DNA of 64,000 bases. Origin: Acidobacteriota bacterium (GTDB taxonomy: Bacteria; Acidobacteriota; Terriglobia; Acidiferrales; UBA7541). The DNA lies in the NCBI GenBank assembly GCA_013289825.1, contig JABCZF010000018.1:26996-90995 (forward strand), given 5' to 3'. The notes under the pieces are model-generated. The model ran no database searches, was not told where the DNA came from, and worked only from the letters and a program-made list of their open reading frames with translations. Shown here one piece after another: positions 9,202-18,637 of the stretch (position 1 is its first letter; the number at the start of each line of letters is the position of its first letter). A program made the translations under genes and the position numbers.

Positions 9202-10499
9202 AGCCCAGGTGGACACTATCTGCGGCGCTAGGAATTTTTCTGTTGGTGCCGCTCTCGTCTGTTTACGGAGCTACCGTTCACGGCACGGTGAAAAATGCCA
9301 CTACCGGCAAGCCCGCCGCGAATGTCGAGGTCATCCTCATCCAATTGCAGGGCGGAATGCAGCCGGTGCTGAACTCCAAAACGGACGCGCAGGGCCAGTT
9401 CACGTTTGACTTTCCGGCCATCGGAACACAACCGATGTTGGTGCGCGCGGTCTATCGCGGAATCAATTTTCATCAGCCCTTGCCGCCGGGCCGAAGTGAA
9501 CTGGAAGTCGATGTTTTCGAACCATCACGAGACCCCAAAACGATCTCCGTCGCAACGCATTTCGTAATTTTCCAGCCGAGCGGCACGACTCTCGAGGTTG
9601 GTGAAGAATATGCCATCAAAAACGATTCCCAGCCCGGTCAAGCCTATTTTCGCCCCGACGGCAACTTCGAGATCGCCCTCCCGGACGGTGCGAACCTGAA
9701 ACAGATCGCGGCCCAGGGCCCCGCAGGCATGCCCGTCGTGCAGGCGCCCATCGATCGCGGCAAAAATAGGTACAGTGTGGCGTTCGCCTTTCGTCCTGGC
9801 GACAACGGAGTGCGTTTCTCCTACGAGTTGCCGTACGCGGGCAACACCGCTTCCGTAAAGCTGCCCACCGTATATCCCGGCGCGCGCCTCGTCGTTGTTG
9901 CGCCTCCCTCCGTGCAGATCGCTGGCGAAGGCTTGCAAGCTGGCGGCCTTGAACAGGGAATGAGCGTGTACAGCCGCGACAGTCTCGCAGCCAATTCCAC
10001 GTTGACCGTCAGCATCTCCGGCACGGCCCCACCGCCAAGCAGCAACAGCAACGCCTCCGACAGCGATGCTGGTGCGCAGAATCGCGAAGAGCAGCAGGGA
10101 AGCGGTCCCGCTTCCGCCGGGACTATTCAAGCCGTCCCAGGCCGCCTCGATGTCCTGAAATGGCCCATCCTGGGAGGATTCCTCTGCCTGTTCGCCCTGC
10201 TAGCCGTTCTTCTCGCGCGCAGGCCCGTGGTGGCCGTTGCGGGCGGCCCTTCGGAGGGCGTCAGAGAGGTGCCGGCAAAACCGTCCAAGAAAACGGCAGC
10301 CGCACCGGTTGCCGGACCGGCGGTTCACAACGCAACCCTGGCTCCACTCGATGCCGCTGTTGGCACCAGCCTGGATGCGCTGAAAGACACCTTGTTCCGG
10401 CTCGAGGTGCGCCGCCAAGCAGGAACGATTTCCGAGGAAGAGTACTCCCGGGAACGGGCCCGTGCGGAGAAAGTCTTGCGCGATCTTGTGAGAGGTTAA
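9198..10499 (+). CDS. Exported membrane-anchored protein with carboxypeptidase-regulatory-like beta domain and C-terminal SHOCT/CcmI-like helix
   Basis: Signal peptide, VHGTVKNATTGKP..TDAQGQFTF, late TM helix, LEVRRQAGTISEEEY. Confidence 0.8.
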   Translation: MKPRWTLSAALGIFLLVPLSSVYGATVHGTVKNATTGKPAANVEVILIQLQGGMQPVLNSKTDAQGQFTFDFPAIGTQPMLVRAVYRGINFHQPLPPGRSELEVDVFEPSRDPKTISVATHFVIFQPSGTTLEVGEEYAIKNDSQPGQAYFRPDGNFEIALPDGANLKQIAAQGPAGMPVVQAPIDRGKNRYSVAFAFRPGDNGVRFSYELPYAGNTASVKLPTVYPGARLVVVAPPSVQIAGEGLQAGGLEQGMSVYSRDSLAANSTLTVSISGTAPPPSSNSNASDSDAGAQNREEQQGSGPASAGTIQAVPGRLDVLKWPILGGFLCLFALLAVLLARRPVVAVAGGPSEGVREVPAKPSKKTAAAPVAGPAVHNATLAPLDAAVGTSLDALKDTLFRLEVRRQAGTISEEEYSRERARAEKVLRDLVRG

Positions 10500-10603
10500 A
10501 GGGTGACGCCGGCCGACGTTGCGTGCATCTTTCCCTCCCGTAGGGCAGACACTCCTGTCTGGCTCACTCTGTTTTCTGCCCTAACCCGCAACGAGGTCCA
10601 CCG

Positions 10604-11308
10604 GTGACGCCGCCGGCGTTTTCTCCCGTTGCTCTCCGTTTTGAAAATATCGATAAGCGCTATGGCGGACTCCTGGCCTTGCGGGGCGTGTCGCTGACCG
10701 TCGCTCCGGGAGAATGCGCAGTTTTTGCGGGGCGCAACGGCTCCGGCAAGACCACCCTTTTGCGCATTGCCGCGAGATTGGTGCGGCCATCGCGAGGGTC
10801 TCTGAGCTTTTCCAACTCCTCTTGCGATGACGAAAAAAGCCCGGTTCGTCCGGGATTCGTGGCTCACGCCACGATGGTCTACGACGAACTGACCGCCGAA
10901 GAAAATCTTTTACTCTTCGCGCGGCTCCAAACGGTGTCTCGGCCGGAGCGCCGCGTTGAGGCTCTGCTCGAGGAAGTGGGCCTATCCGATCGTCGCGCTT
11001 CCCTGGTCGGAACATTTTCCCGCGGGATGCGCCAGCGCGTGGCCATCGCTCGGGCCTTGCTGCATGAGCCGGCGGTCCTGCTACTAGACGAACCAGCCAC
11101 GGGCCTCGATCCCCCAGGCGTCGCTTGGCTCGCCGAAGCGATTCGCCGCCTTCGCGATTCGGGCCGCACCATTCTGATGAGCCTCCACGGCGAATCAGAA
11201 ATCTCTTCACTGGGCACGCGCGCCATCCGTCTGGACGCGGGCTCGGTCGTCGCCGACACGCGCACGGGCGCAACGTTTCGCTCCGTCCTAACTTTCGCCG
11301 ACGCCTGA
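10604..11308 (+). CDS. ccmA: Heme ABC exporter ATPase CcmA
   Basis: GRNGSGKTT, FSRGMRQR, LLLDEP; precedes ccmB and ccmC. Confidence 0.93.
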   Translation: MTPPAFSPVALRFENIDKRYGGLLALRGVSLTVAPGECAVFAGRNGSGKTTLLRIAARLVRPSRGSLSFSNSSCDDEKSPVRPGFVAHATMVYDELTAEENLLLFARLQTVSRPERRVEALLEEVGLSDRRASLVGTFSRGMRQRVAIARALLHEPAVLLLDEPATGLDPPGVAWLAEAIRRLRDSGRTILMSLHGESEISSLGTRAIRLDAGSVVADTRTGATFRSVLTFADA

Positions 11309-11983
11309 ATGAGCCTGTTTCCCAACGCGTTGGTCTTGCTCGGCAAGGAGCTGCGCACCGAGTTTCGCTCGCGCGAATTGCTGACGACCACGGTTGTCTT
11401 CATTTTGATCGTGATGTTTATGTTCAGCATTACGTTTCAGCCTACCTCCGACGAATCGCGACAGATTGGCCCGGGGCTTCTTTGGCTGGCGTTTCTCTTT
11501 GCGGCGTCCCTGATGCTGCAGCATTGCTTTTTACGCGAGCAGCACAACGATACGCTGAGTGCGTTGCGGCTTTCCGTGAGCGACCCCTTTGCCATTTTGT
11601 TGGCCAAGCTTGCCGCGAACACCTTGTTTCTTCTGCTCACCGAGCTATTCTTGCTGCCGATTTTCGCGTTGATGTATAACGTATCCGTCGTGCGCGTGGT
11701 GCACTGGCTAGCTCTTGCGTTTTTTCTTGGCAGTCTGGGCATCTCCATTGTGGGAACGGCGCTCTCCGCCATCTCCGCGCAGGCCCGCATGCGCGAGCTG
11801 TTGTTGCCTGTGCTCATGCTTCCGCTCTTGACGCCCATTCTCATCGTCAGCACGGAAGTTACGAAAGCGCTGTTCGACCGCGCGCCGTACGTGCGGTGGC
11901 AGGGAATCGGCTTCCTGGCCGTTTTCGATGTGGTTTTTTTGACGGCGCTATGGCTTTTCGGCGAATATCTTCTGGAGGAATAA
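11309..11983 (+). CDS. ccmB: Heme exporter membrane protein CcmB
   Basis: KELRTEFRSR, FLREQHNDTL, ELLLPVLMLPLLTP. Confidence 0.93.
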   Translation: MSLFPNALVLLGKELRTEFRSRELLTTTVVFILIVMFMFSITFQPTSDESRQIGPGLLWLAFLFAASLMLQHCFLREQHNDTLSALRLSVSDPFAILLAKLAANTLFLLLTELFLLPIFALMYNVSVVRVVHWLALAFFLGSLGISIVGTALSAISAQARMRELLLPVLMLPLLTPILIVSTEVTKALFDRAPYVRWQGIGFLAVFDVVFLTALWLFGEYLLEE

Positions 11984-11988
11984 GCCTC

Positions 11989-12666
11989 ATGATGAAGAAT
12001 ATCTTGGCTGCCGCAGCGGTGTTTCTGCTCCTCGGGGTAGCCGTCTATGCTTCCTTTTTTATTGCGCCGACGGACGTGAAACAGGGACTCATCTATCGCA
12101 TTTTGTTTCTCCACGTGCCGAGCGCGTGGACGGGCCTCACGGCGTTCTTTATCTCTTTCCTGGCCAATTTGCTCTACGTTTGGCGCCGTCAGCCGCGCTG
12201 GGACTGGCTAGGAGTTTCAGCGGCTGAAGTCGGTTTGGCGTTTACGACTGTAGTCCTGGTCACTGGTCCCATCTGGGCGCATCCCGTCTGGGGTATCTGG
12301 TGGACCTGGTCTCCGCGGCTTACCTCCACGTTCGTTTTGTGGCTGCTTTATGTTGCTTATGTCGTTTTGCGGACGCTCATTGAGGAACCCGATCGGCGTG
12401 CGCTGCTCAGCGCCCTGTTCGGCATTTTCGCTTTCATTGATGTGCCGCTGGTCTTTGGTTCCATCCGCTGGTGGCGCGACCAGCACCCGCAGCCTGTGGT
12501 GATGGGCGAGCCGGGTGCCGGACTTGATCCTATAATGTACAAGGTTCTGCTCTTCTCGTGGTTGGCCATGCTTGCTTTGATGACTCTGCTGATTCGCCAG
12601 CGTTACAGGCTGGAGGCCATGAGGGGCGATCTCGAAACGATGCAGCAGGAATTGGAGGTAGCATGA
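11989..12666 (+). CDS. ccmC: Heme exporter protein CcmC
   Basis: HVPSAW, GPIWAHPVWGIWWTWSPRLT (WWD-like motif), WWRDQHP. Confidence 0.95.
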   Translation: MMKNILAAAAVFLLLGVAVYASFFIAPTDVKQGLIYRILFLHVPSAWTGLTAFFISFLANLLYVWRRQPRWDWLGVSAAEVGLAFTTVVLVTGPIWAHPVWGIWWTWSPRLTSTFVLWLLYVAYVVLRTLIEEPDRRALLSALFGIFAFIDVPLVFGSIRWWRDQHPQPVVMGEPGAGLDPIMYKVLLFSWLAMLALMTLLIRQRYRLEAMRGDLETMQQELEVA

Positions 12667-12806
12667 AGAATCTCGATAGTGTTTTCGCCGCTTATATGGC
12701 TGCCTGGGCCATCTTTTTCGTTTATTACGTCACCATTGCCCGCCGGGCAGCGGCGCTTCGTGGAGATCTTGAGCGCCTGAAGAGTTCTGTGAACCGGGGG
12801 AAGTAA
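12663..12806 (+). CDS. ccmD: CcmD-family small membrane protein (47 aa)
   Basis: MKNLDSVFAAYMAAWAIFFVYY; GGAGG RBS; overlaps the ccmC stop. Confidence 0.85.
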   Translation: MKNLDSVFAAYMAAWAIFFVYYVTIARRAAALRGDLERLKSSVNRGK

Positions 12807-13841
12807 TTGGCACAGAAGAAAAAAGTCGGCATCGTGTTGTTCCAGCTCGGCGGTCCGGATTCGCTCGAAGCCGTCCAGCCATTTCTTCTGAATCTGTTTC
12901 TCGACCCGGACATTATTCCCATGGGGCCGCTCGGTTTCCTGCGGCGCCCGCTGGCAAAACTTATTTCATCCCGTCGCTCCGTTCCGGTGCGGGGCAAGTA
13001 TGCCGAGATCGGCGGCCGCTCACCGATTGGAACCTTGACGGAACGGCAGAGAGTCTCGCTCGTCGAGGCGCTCGCCGACGACATCGATCCCGTTGCCGTT
13101 GTGGCCATGCGTTATTGGCATCCGCTCACGGCCGAGGCCGTCGAGACGCTCCGTAAAGCTGGGCCGCTGGATGAGATCGTTCTTTTGCCCCTATACCCAC
13201 ACTTTTCCTACGCCACCACTTTGAGCAGCCTCAAGGAATGGCACCGCGTCTATGGGGAGCCGGAGGCCGGCCCTCCGCAGCGAACGGTCAGCCAGTTTTT
13301 CGATCATCCGCTCTATATCCATGCGGTGGCGCAACGCATCGGCTCCGTCCTGAGGCAATTTGCGGACAGCTCTAGCATTCACCTGGTTTTCAGCGCGCAC
13401 GGCTTGCCCATGAGCCTGGTCGAGAAGGGAGATCCCTATCCGAATCAGATCGAAGCCACGGTCCGGCTGGTCTCGGAAGAGGGAAGAAAGCAGTTTCCCG
13501 GCTGGCCGAAAACGCACTTGTTGTGCTACCAGAGCAGGGTTGGACCCTCCAAATGGCTGCAGCCACCGCTTACTGAAACCATCGAACGGCTGGGCAGCGG
13601 GGGCGTTAAGGAAATGCTGGTCGTGCCCATTTCCTTTGTAACCGAGCATATCGAGACGCTTCACGAAATCAATATCGAGGCCCGTGAAGAAGCCAAGAAG
13701 TTCGGCGTCGAAGTGTTCCGGATGATGCCTGCGGTCGGCGATTCGCCACTCTTCATTGCGGCCCTGAGAGACCTGGTACTTCGGGCCGTTGCTCAGGTGG
13801 AAGCCCCGCGGGACGTGCCCGCCACATCAACCGCTTCATGA
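12807..13841 (+). CDS. hemH: Ferrochelatase
   Basis: QLGGP, GGRSP, PLYPHFS, FSAHGLP, GDPY, YQSRVGP, HIETLHEI. Confidence 0.98.
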   Translation: MAQKKKVGIVLFQLGGPDSLEAVQPFLLNLFLDPDIIPMGPLGFLRRPLAKLISSRRSVPVRGKYAEIGGRSPIGTLTERQRVSLVEALADDIDPVAVVAMRYWHPLTAEAVETLRKAGPLDEIVLLPLYPHFSYATTLSSLKEWHRVYGEPEAGPPQRTVSQFFDHPLYIHAVAQRIGSVLRQFADSSSIHLVFSAHGLPMSLVEKGDPYPNQIEATVRLVSEEGRKQFPGWPKTHLLCYQSRVGPSKWLQPPLTETIERLGSGGVKEMLVVPISFVTEHIETLHEINIEAREEAKKFGVEVFRMMPAVGDSPLFIAALRDLVLRAVAQVEAPRDVPATSTAS

Positions 13842-13966
13842 TCGGGTCGCTCGCGGGTACCTGGCCGCGACCAAACGTGCCGGTGCACGCGCCGAGAGTC
13901 CAGCGCAGCCGGCCGAAGAGCATGAAATTCATCAGTGCGCTATAATCCCGCGATGAAACCAGAGCT

Positions 13967-14878
13967 ATGAAGGCTTCCTATCATCCCGGCGTTCATCGCT
14001 TCGCGGTCTTCACCGCGGGCTGGACTGTGCTGCTGCTAATTGCAGGCGCGCTGGTTACTTCCAACGACGCCGCGCTTTCCGTGCCGGACTGGCCAAAGTC
14101 GTTTGGCACTTGGACGCCGCCCATGGTCGGCGGAGTGTTTTACGAACATTCGCACCGCGTTATAGCAGGTGTCCTGGGAGTCTTGACGCTTATCCTGGCG
14201 ATATCCATTTGGGTTAAAGAAGAGCGCCGCTGGCTGCGCTGGTTTGCGGTGATCGCGGTGGGCGGCATCGTCGCGCAGGCCATTCTCGGCGGCCAGGTGG
14301 TGATCCAGTTGCTGCATTACTGGCTGCCGGTGATGCACGCGTGCTTCGCGCAAATCATGTTTGGAGCGCTTCTGAGTATCGCGGTCTTCACCAGCAAGTG
14401 GTGGATAGCAGACCGTCCTCAGCTCGATAATCGCGGCTCTCCGTCCATTCATTCCCTGGCGCTTCTAAACGCAGGAGTGATCTTTCTCCAGGTGTTTCTC
14501 GGGGCAGGTTTCCGCCACAAAGAAATTCCCATCTGGCCGCATGCCGCGGGTTCGCTGGCTGTGCTTGGGACGGTGGTTTGGACCGCTGTGGTGCTCCGCA
14601 AGCGCTTCGAGAGCTCGCCTGAGCTTACCAAGATGCGCATTCTGCTTCACTCCGTATTCGGTTTGCAGTTCCTTCTTGGCATTGGCGCTTACTGGTCACG
14701 TCTTGCAACCGCGGACGCCGCGCAACCCATGCGGATGATGATTGTGCTGACGGTGACGCACACGGTGGTTGGCGCTGTGTTGTTTGCAGTCTCGATCCTT
14801 ACAATTCTGTTGTGTTATCGATTGGTGCCGCGCACTGGAGAAGTTGCCGTCTCGTCCGAAGGGCCGGTGACCATCTGA
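13967..14878 (+). CDS. ctaA: Heme A synthase (COX15/CtaA)
   Basis: VPDWP, FYEHSHR, multiple TM helices with conserved His. Confidence 0.92.
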   Translation: MKASYHPGVHRFAVFTAGWTVLLLIAGALVTSNDAALSVPDWPKSFGTWTPPMVGGVFYEHSHRVIAGVLGVLTLILAISIWVKEERRWLRWFAVIAVGGIVAQAILGGQVVIQLLHYWLPVMHACFAQIMFGALLSIAVFTSKWWIADRPQLDNRGSPSIHSLALLNAGVIFLQVFLGAGFRHKEIPIWPHAAGSLAVLGTVVWTAVVLRKRFESSPELTKMRILLHSVFGLQFLLGIGAYWSRLATADAAQPMRMMIVLTVTHTVVGAVLFAVSILTILLCYRLVPRTGEVAVSSEGPVTI

Positions 14879-15771
14879 TGAGCACGGTACGCACGACGGA
14901 AATCACGCTCGCCTCGCGTGCCTATGCCTACGTCGCCCTGACTAAGCCGGATGTGTCCTTTCTCGTGTTGATGACCACCGCTGCCGGATTCTACATGGGT
15001 TCGCGAGGCGCGGTGGATTGGCTGCATTTGATGCAAACTGTTTTTGCCACGCTTCTGATCGCCGCGGGCACGGCGACCTTAAACCACTACATCGAGCGCG
15101 ACTCCGACCGCTATATGCGGCGCACGGCCTCGCGTCCGCTTCCCAGCGGCCAATTGCAGCCGCGCGAAGCGTTGTGGTTTGGCGTGATTCTCTGCTTCGC
15201 GGGCGCTGTGGATCTGTACTTTACCGCGGGGATTCTTGCTTCTGTCCTTGGGATTCTCACTAGTTTGAGCTATCTGCTGGCGTATACCCCGCTCAAGAAG
15301 CGTACCGTGTGGGCCACTGCCGTCGGCGCGTTTCCCGGAGCGATACCACCAATGATTGGATGGGTCGCCGCTACCGGCACTTTGGACCGCGGCGCTTGGC
15401 TGCTCTTCGCCATTCTCTTTTTGTGGCAGTTCCCACACTTTTATGCAATCGCGTGGATGTATCGGGAAGACTACGCACGTGCTGGCATTCTCATGCTGCC
15501 GGTCGTGGACCGCGAAGGAACGCGCACGTTTCGCCAGATTATTCTTACGGCCGTCGCGCTCGTGGGAGTCAGCTTGTTGCCTGCCGTTATGGGATTGGCC
15601 GGCGTGCACTATTTCTTCGGCGCGCTGGTCGTCAGCACCGCGCTGGTTCAGGTCTGTCTGTGGGCTGCCAGCTCCAGGACCAACGCTAGGGCCAAGTGGC
15701 TCATGCATGCCACGGTACTGCACATTCCCGTGCTTCTCGGCTTGATGATCTACGACAAAATTCCGCGCTGA
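14878..15771 (+). CDS. ctaB: Heme O synthase (protoheme IX farnesyltransferase)
   Basis: LTKP, DRYMRRTASRPLP, YTPLKK, WQFPHF, REDYARAG. Confidence 0.97.
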   Translation: MSTVRTTEITLASRAYAYVALTKPDVSFLVLMTTAAGFYMGSRGAVDWLHLMQTVFATLLIAAGTATLNHYIERDSDRYMRRTASRPLPSGQLQPREALWFGVILCFAGAVDLYFTAGILASVLGILTSLSYLLAYTPLKKRTVWATAVGAFPGAIPPMIGWVAATGTLDRGAWLLFAILFLWQFPHFYAIAWMYREDYARAGILMLPVVDREGTRTFRQIILTAVALVGVSLLPAVMGLAGVHYFFGALVVSTALVQVCLWAASSRTNARAKWLMHATVLHIPVLLGLMIYDKIPR

Positions 15772-15808
15772 GCAGGTTCCGCCCGGAAGGATAACCGCAA
15801 AATCTCCG

Positions 15809-16210
15809 CTAAGCCTGTGGAATGTTCAGCCCGTTTTCCGGCGGAACAAGCCAACCGGTTTGCGAGGAACGCACCGCCTGCCGCGTCCCGGCTTTGGGAA
15901 AGACCACGTGCCAGAAATCACCTCTGGGCGCGGCGAAGCCGACGCCAATGAACCGCCGGTCCCGCTTTTCGCGGACGGAGGTAACGAAGCACTCCACGCA
16001 CTCCGAGGTCATATCGTTGAAAACCCGGACCGTCTGGCCGGTTAACAGGGGAGCGTCCATCACAATGAGCGCCCCGCCGGCACTTACGGATTGCGTAGAA
16101 GCCTTCAAATCAATGGCTTCACCTTCCGGCATCTGGCAGCGAACTGTCAAAGGTATCTGAAGTGTTATCCGGACTGTTCGCCGACGTTCAGGGTATCTCG
16201 AGCGCTGCAT
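15809..16210 (-). CDS. PilZ-domain protein
   Basis: ERRRTVR (RxxxR) and SVSAGG (DxSxxG-like). Confidence 0.8.
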   Translation of the reverse strand: MQRSRYPERRRTVRITLQIPLTVRCQMPEGEAIDLKASTQSVSAGGALIVMDAPLLTGQTVRVFNDMTSECVECFVTSVREKRDRRFIGVGFAAPRGDFWHVVFPKAGTRQAVRSSQTGWLVPPENGLNIPQA

Positions 16211-16322
16211 TCATCCGCCTTTTGGAAGGAGCCCACCACCAAGAGCTTGCCATGGTTCACCAAGAAAGACAAGGGTTTACGAGCATATTATTTAACCAGG
16301 CGAGAATTGCAGCGGAAGGGAA

Positions 16323-17330
16323 CTAACTTGGCTGAAGCGATCCGATGACCGCCTCGGTGAATTCCTCAGTGCCGGCCTTGCCGCCTACGTCCTGGGTGAT
16401 GTGCTGGCCCTCGCGGTGTACCCTTTCAAGGGCACTCTCGATCCGGCGCGCGGCGGACCTTTCACCGAGATGGTCCAGCATCATGATGCTGCTCAGCAAC
16501 AGTGCTGTCGGATTCGCCAAGCCTTTTCCGGCAATGTCCGGCGCGGTACCGTGCACGGCCTCGAACATGGCCGCTTCATTGCCGACGTTGGCGCTGCCGA
16601 CCACGCCAAGCCCGCCGACCAGGCCTGCGGCGAGGTCGCTCATCACGTCGCCATAAAGATTCGGGAGCAGCAGCATGTCAAATTGCTGCGGATTCAGCAC
16701 CATCTGCATGCAGGCGTTGTCCACGATTAGTTCTTTGTACTCGATGTCGGGATATTGCGGAGCGACGTTGCGGATGGATTTCAGAAAAAGTCCATCCGAG
16801 AGCTTCATGATATTGGCTTTATGGATGGCGTGAATTTTTCTTCGTCCTTCTCGCTTGGCATACTTGAAGGCGAAGTGCGCGATCTGCGTGGACGCTTTTT
16901 CGGTAATGATCTTCAGGCTCTCCACAACGCCGGGAACCACTTCATGTTCTAGGCCGGAATAGAGATCTTCGGTGTTTTCTCTGATCAGAACGACATCCAC
17001 GTTTTCAAACCGGGATTTAACTCCCGGAAGATTTTTGACGGGCCGGACATTCGCGTAAAGATCGAGTGTTTTTCTTAAGGCCACGTTGATACTGGGGGCC
17101 CCACCGGCAACGGCGGTGCCCATGGGGCCTTTCAGCGCGACGCGGTTGCGCCGGACGGATTCGATGGCGCCTTCGGTGACGAATTGACCGGTCGCCGACG
17201 CTTTTTCAGAGCGCGCTTCGACCTCTTCCCAATCAATTTGAACGCCAGCAGCTGCCAGAATTCGCTCGACGGCTGCCGCGACTTCGGGACCGATGCCTTC
17301 ACCGGGGATCAAAGTGACTTTGTGTCTCAA
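16323..17330 (-). CDS. Isocitrate/isopropylmalate dehydrogenase family (NAD-IDH-like)
   Basis: GEGIGPE, RENTEDLY, HKANIMK, NLYGD, FEAVHGTAPDIAG. Confidence 0.95.
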   Translation of the reverse strand: MRHKVTLIPGEGIGPEVAAAVERILAAAGVQIDWEEVEARSEKASATGQFVTEGAIESVRRNRVALKGPMGTAVAGGAPSINVALRKTLDLYANVRPVKNLPGVKSRFENVDVVLIRENTEDLYSGLEHEVVPGVVESLKIITEKASTQIAHFAFKYAKREGRRKIHAIHKANIMKLSDGLFLKSIRNVAPQYPDIEYKELIVDNACMQMVLNPQQFDMLLLPNLYGDVMSDLAAGLVGGLGVVGSANVGNEAAMFEAVHGTAPDIAGKGLANPTALLLSSIMMLDHLGERSAARRIESALERVHREGQHITQDVGGKAGTEEFTEAVIGSLQPS

Positions 17331-17431
17331 GAAAGCTCCTGCTCAAATTTGCTCATGGTTACTGACGATTTTCGTTGTGAAGTTACCGATAAGCTAAAGC
17401 CACGTTACGGCACTCGTGCACGGGGAAAAAT

Positions 17432-17797
17432 CTACAGCGTAAAGAAGAGATGTAGCCGACTGGCATCAGGGCCGACAACGGTCAGAACTGCTTCCCCTAA
17501 TTCTTCGGCCCATTTGTCCCTCATCTGCTCCGGCAATGCTCTCTTGTCGCCATACGAGAATTTACAGTCGGTCCCTACTGGGCTGCCAATAGGAACGGAC
17601 AGGTATCCCCCAGGGATTGCATCTTGCTTGGCGGCCACCACTAATACCACTTCCGCAGTTACGCTATCCACCAAACCGCGCAGTTTAACTTGCACTCCGT
17701 CCTTCGAAGTGAAGAATGCAACTACAGGAACCGCCTCCTTGATGAGTTTATCCAAGAGAAGCCCGGCCTCATCAAGGGAAATTTGGCGTTTGCGCAT
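17432..17797 (-). CDS. Hypothetical protein (121 aa)
   Basis: ATG-started ORF with protein-like composition in a lower-GC-looking patch. Confidence 0.55.
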   Translation of the reverse strand: MRKRQISLDEAGLLLDKLIKEAVPVVAFFTSKDGVQVKLRGLVDSVTAEVVLVVAAKQDAIPGGYLSVPIGSPVGTDCKFSYGDKRALPEQMRDKWAEELGEAVLTVVGPDASRLHLFFTL

Positions 17798-17801
17798 TCG
17801 T

Positions 17802-18002
17802 TCAGACCCGATTCTTTGATTCTATGAGTTGGGGACGATTCTGGGTGCCCTTTAGCGCATCACCCTCAACAAGTAGCTTAGGAAGTACCACCGATAGGCC
17901 GCGAAGCTCTTCATCGGTCAGTCCCGCCAGACGCGGGTCACGATAGTCTGCTGCCTGCTCCGCGGTCCACCCCATGCCAGACGCGCTAACGGTATCTCTC
18001 AT
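17802..18002 (-). CDS. Hypothetical protein (66 aa), possibly a fragment
   Basis: Ends 4 nt before the start of the 121-aa ORF. Confidence 0.35.
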   Translation of the reverse strand: MRDTVSASGMGWTAEQAADYRDPRLAGLTDEELRGLSVVLPKLLVEGDALKGTQNRPQLIESKNRV

Positions 18003-18176
18003 GGGCGCATCTTATTGTATGCGAAGGTCATGGGGTTGTCGAAACGCGCTGGAGCGCGGAGTTTCCAGGAAAAAAGCAGCCCGGAATCTCCGATGTGCAG
18101 TTGTAGAACAGGTTTGCTATACTTGAAGGGAAAGATGCATCGCGGGCTTGCCTGCGAGCGGAGGCCAAAGGAACTT

Positions 18177-18500
18177 ATGATTAGTCTGACTCCCACTGCC
18201 AGCACCAAGGTTAAGGAAATCATGGGCATGCAAAATCCTGTGCCGGTGGCGTTGCGCGTTGCCGTCGTTGGAGGAGGCTGCTCCGGTTTCCAGTACCACA
18301 TGGCATTTGAAAACCAGACCAATGAGACCGATCAAGTGGTCGATTTTAACGGGCTCAAGGTCGCGGTCGACCAAATGAGCTCGATGTACCTGGATGGCGT
18401 CGAGATCGACTACATCGAGAGCATCGAAGGCGCCGGCTTCAAGTTCAATAACCCGAACGTGAAGAGCACCTGCGGCTGCGGTAGTTCGTTTAGCGTTTAA
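18177..18500 (+). CDS. A-type Fe-S carrier (ErpA/IscA/HesB family)
   Basis: GGGCSGFQY and NPNVKSTCGCGSSF. Confidence 0.97.
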   Translation: MISLTPTASTKVKEIMGMQNPVPVALRVAVVGGGCSGFQYHMAFENQTNETDQVVDFNGLKVAVDQMSSMYLDGVEIDYIESIEGAGFKFNNPNVKSTCGCGSSFSV

Positions 18501-18556
18501 TTGGCAACGTTTCATCGGCCGCATTTATATCTCTCTGTCGCTGATAGGATGACAGA

Positions 18557-18637
18557 ATGGATGAAGCGGATTGGGGCGCTGGGCGCCTTCTTGCCGGAAT
18601 TCCGGGCTCTTGAACGCGCCGTTCAGGGGCCTTTTTT
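18557..18637 (+). ncRNA. Small RNA resembling the Acido-Lenti-1 motif
   Basis: Core GGATTGGGGCGCTGGGCGCCTTCTTGCCGG matches my recollection of this motif (not searched); preceded by TGaTAGGAT (18542-18550) and followed by a terminator. Confidence 0.6.
18605..18637 (+). terminator. Intrinsic terminator
   Basis: Stem GGCTCTTGAAC/GTTCAGGGGCC (with G-U pairs) followed by TTTTTT. Confidence 0.8.
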
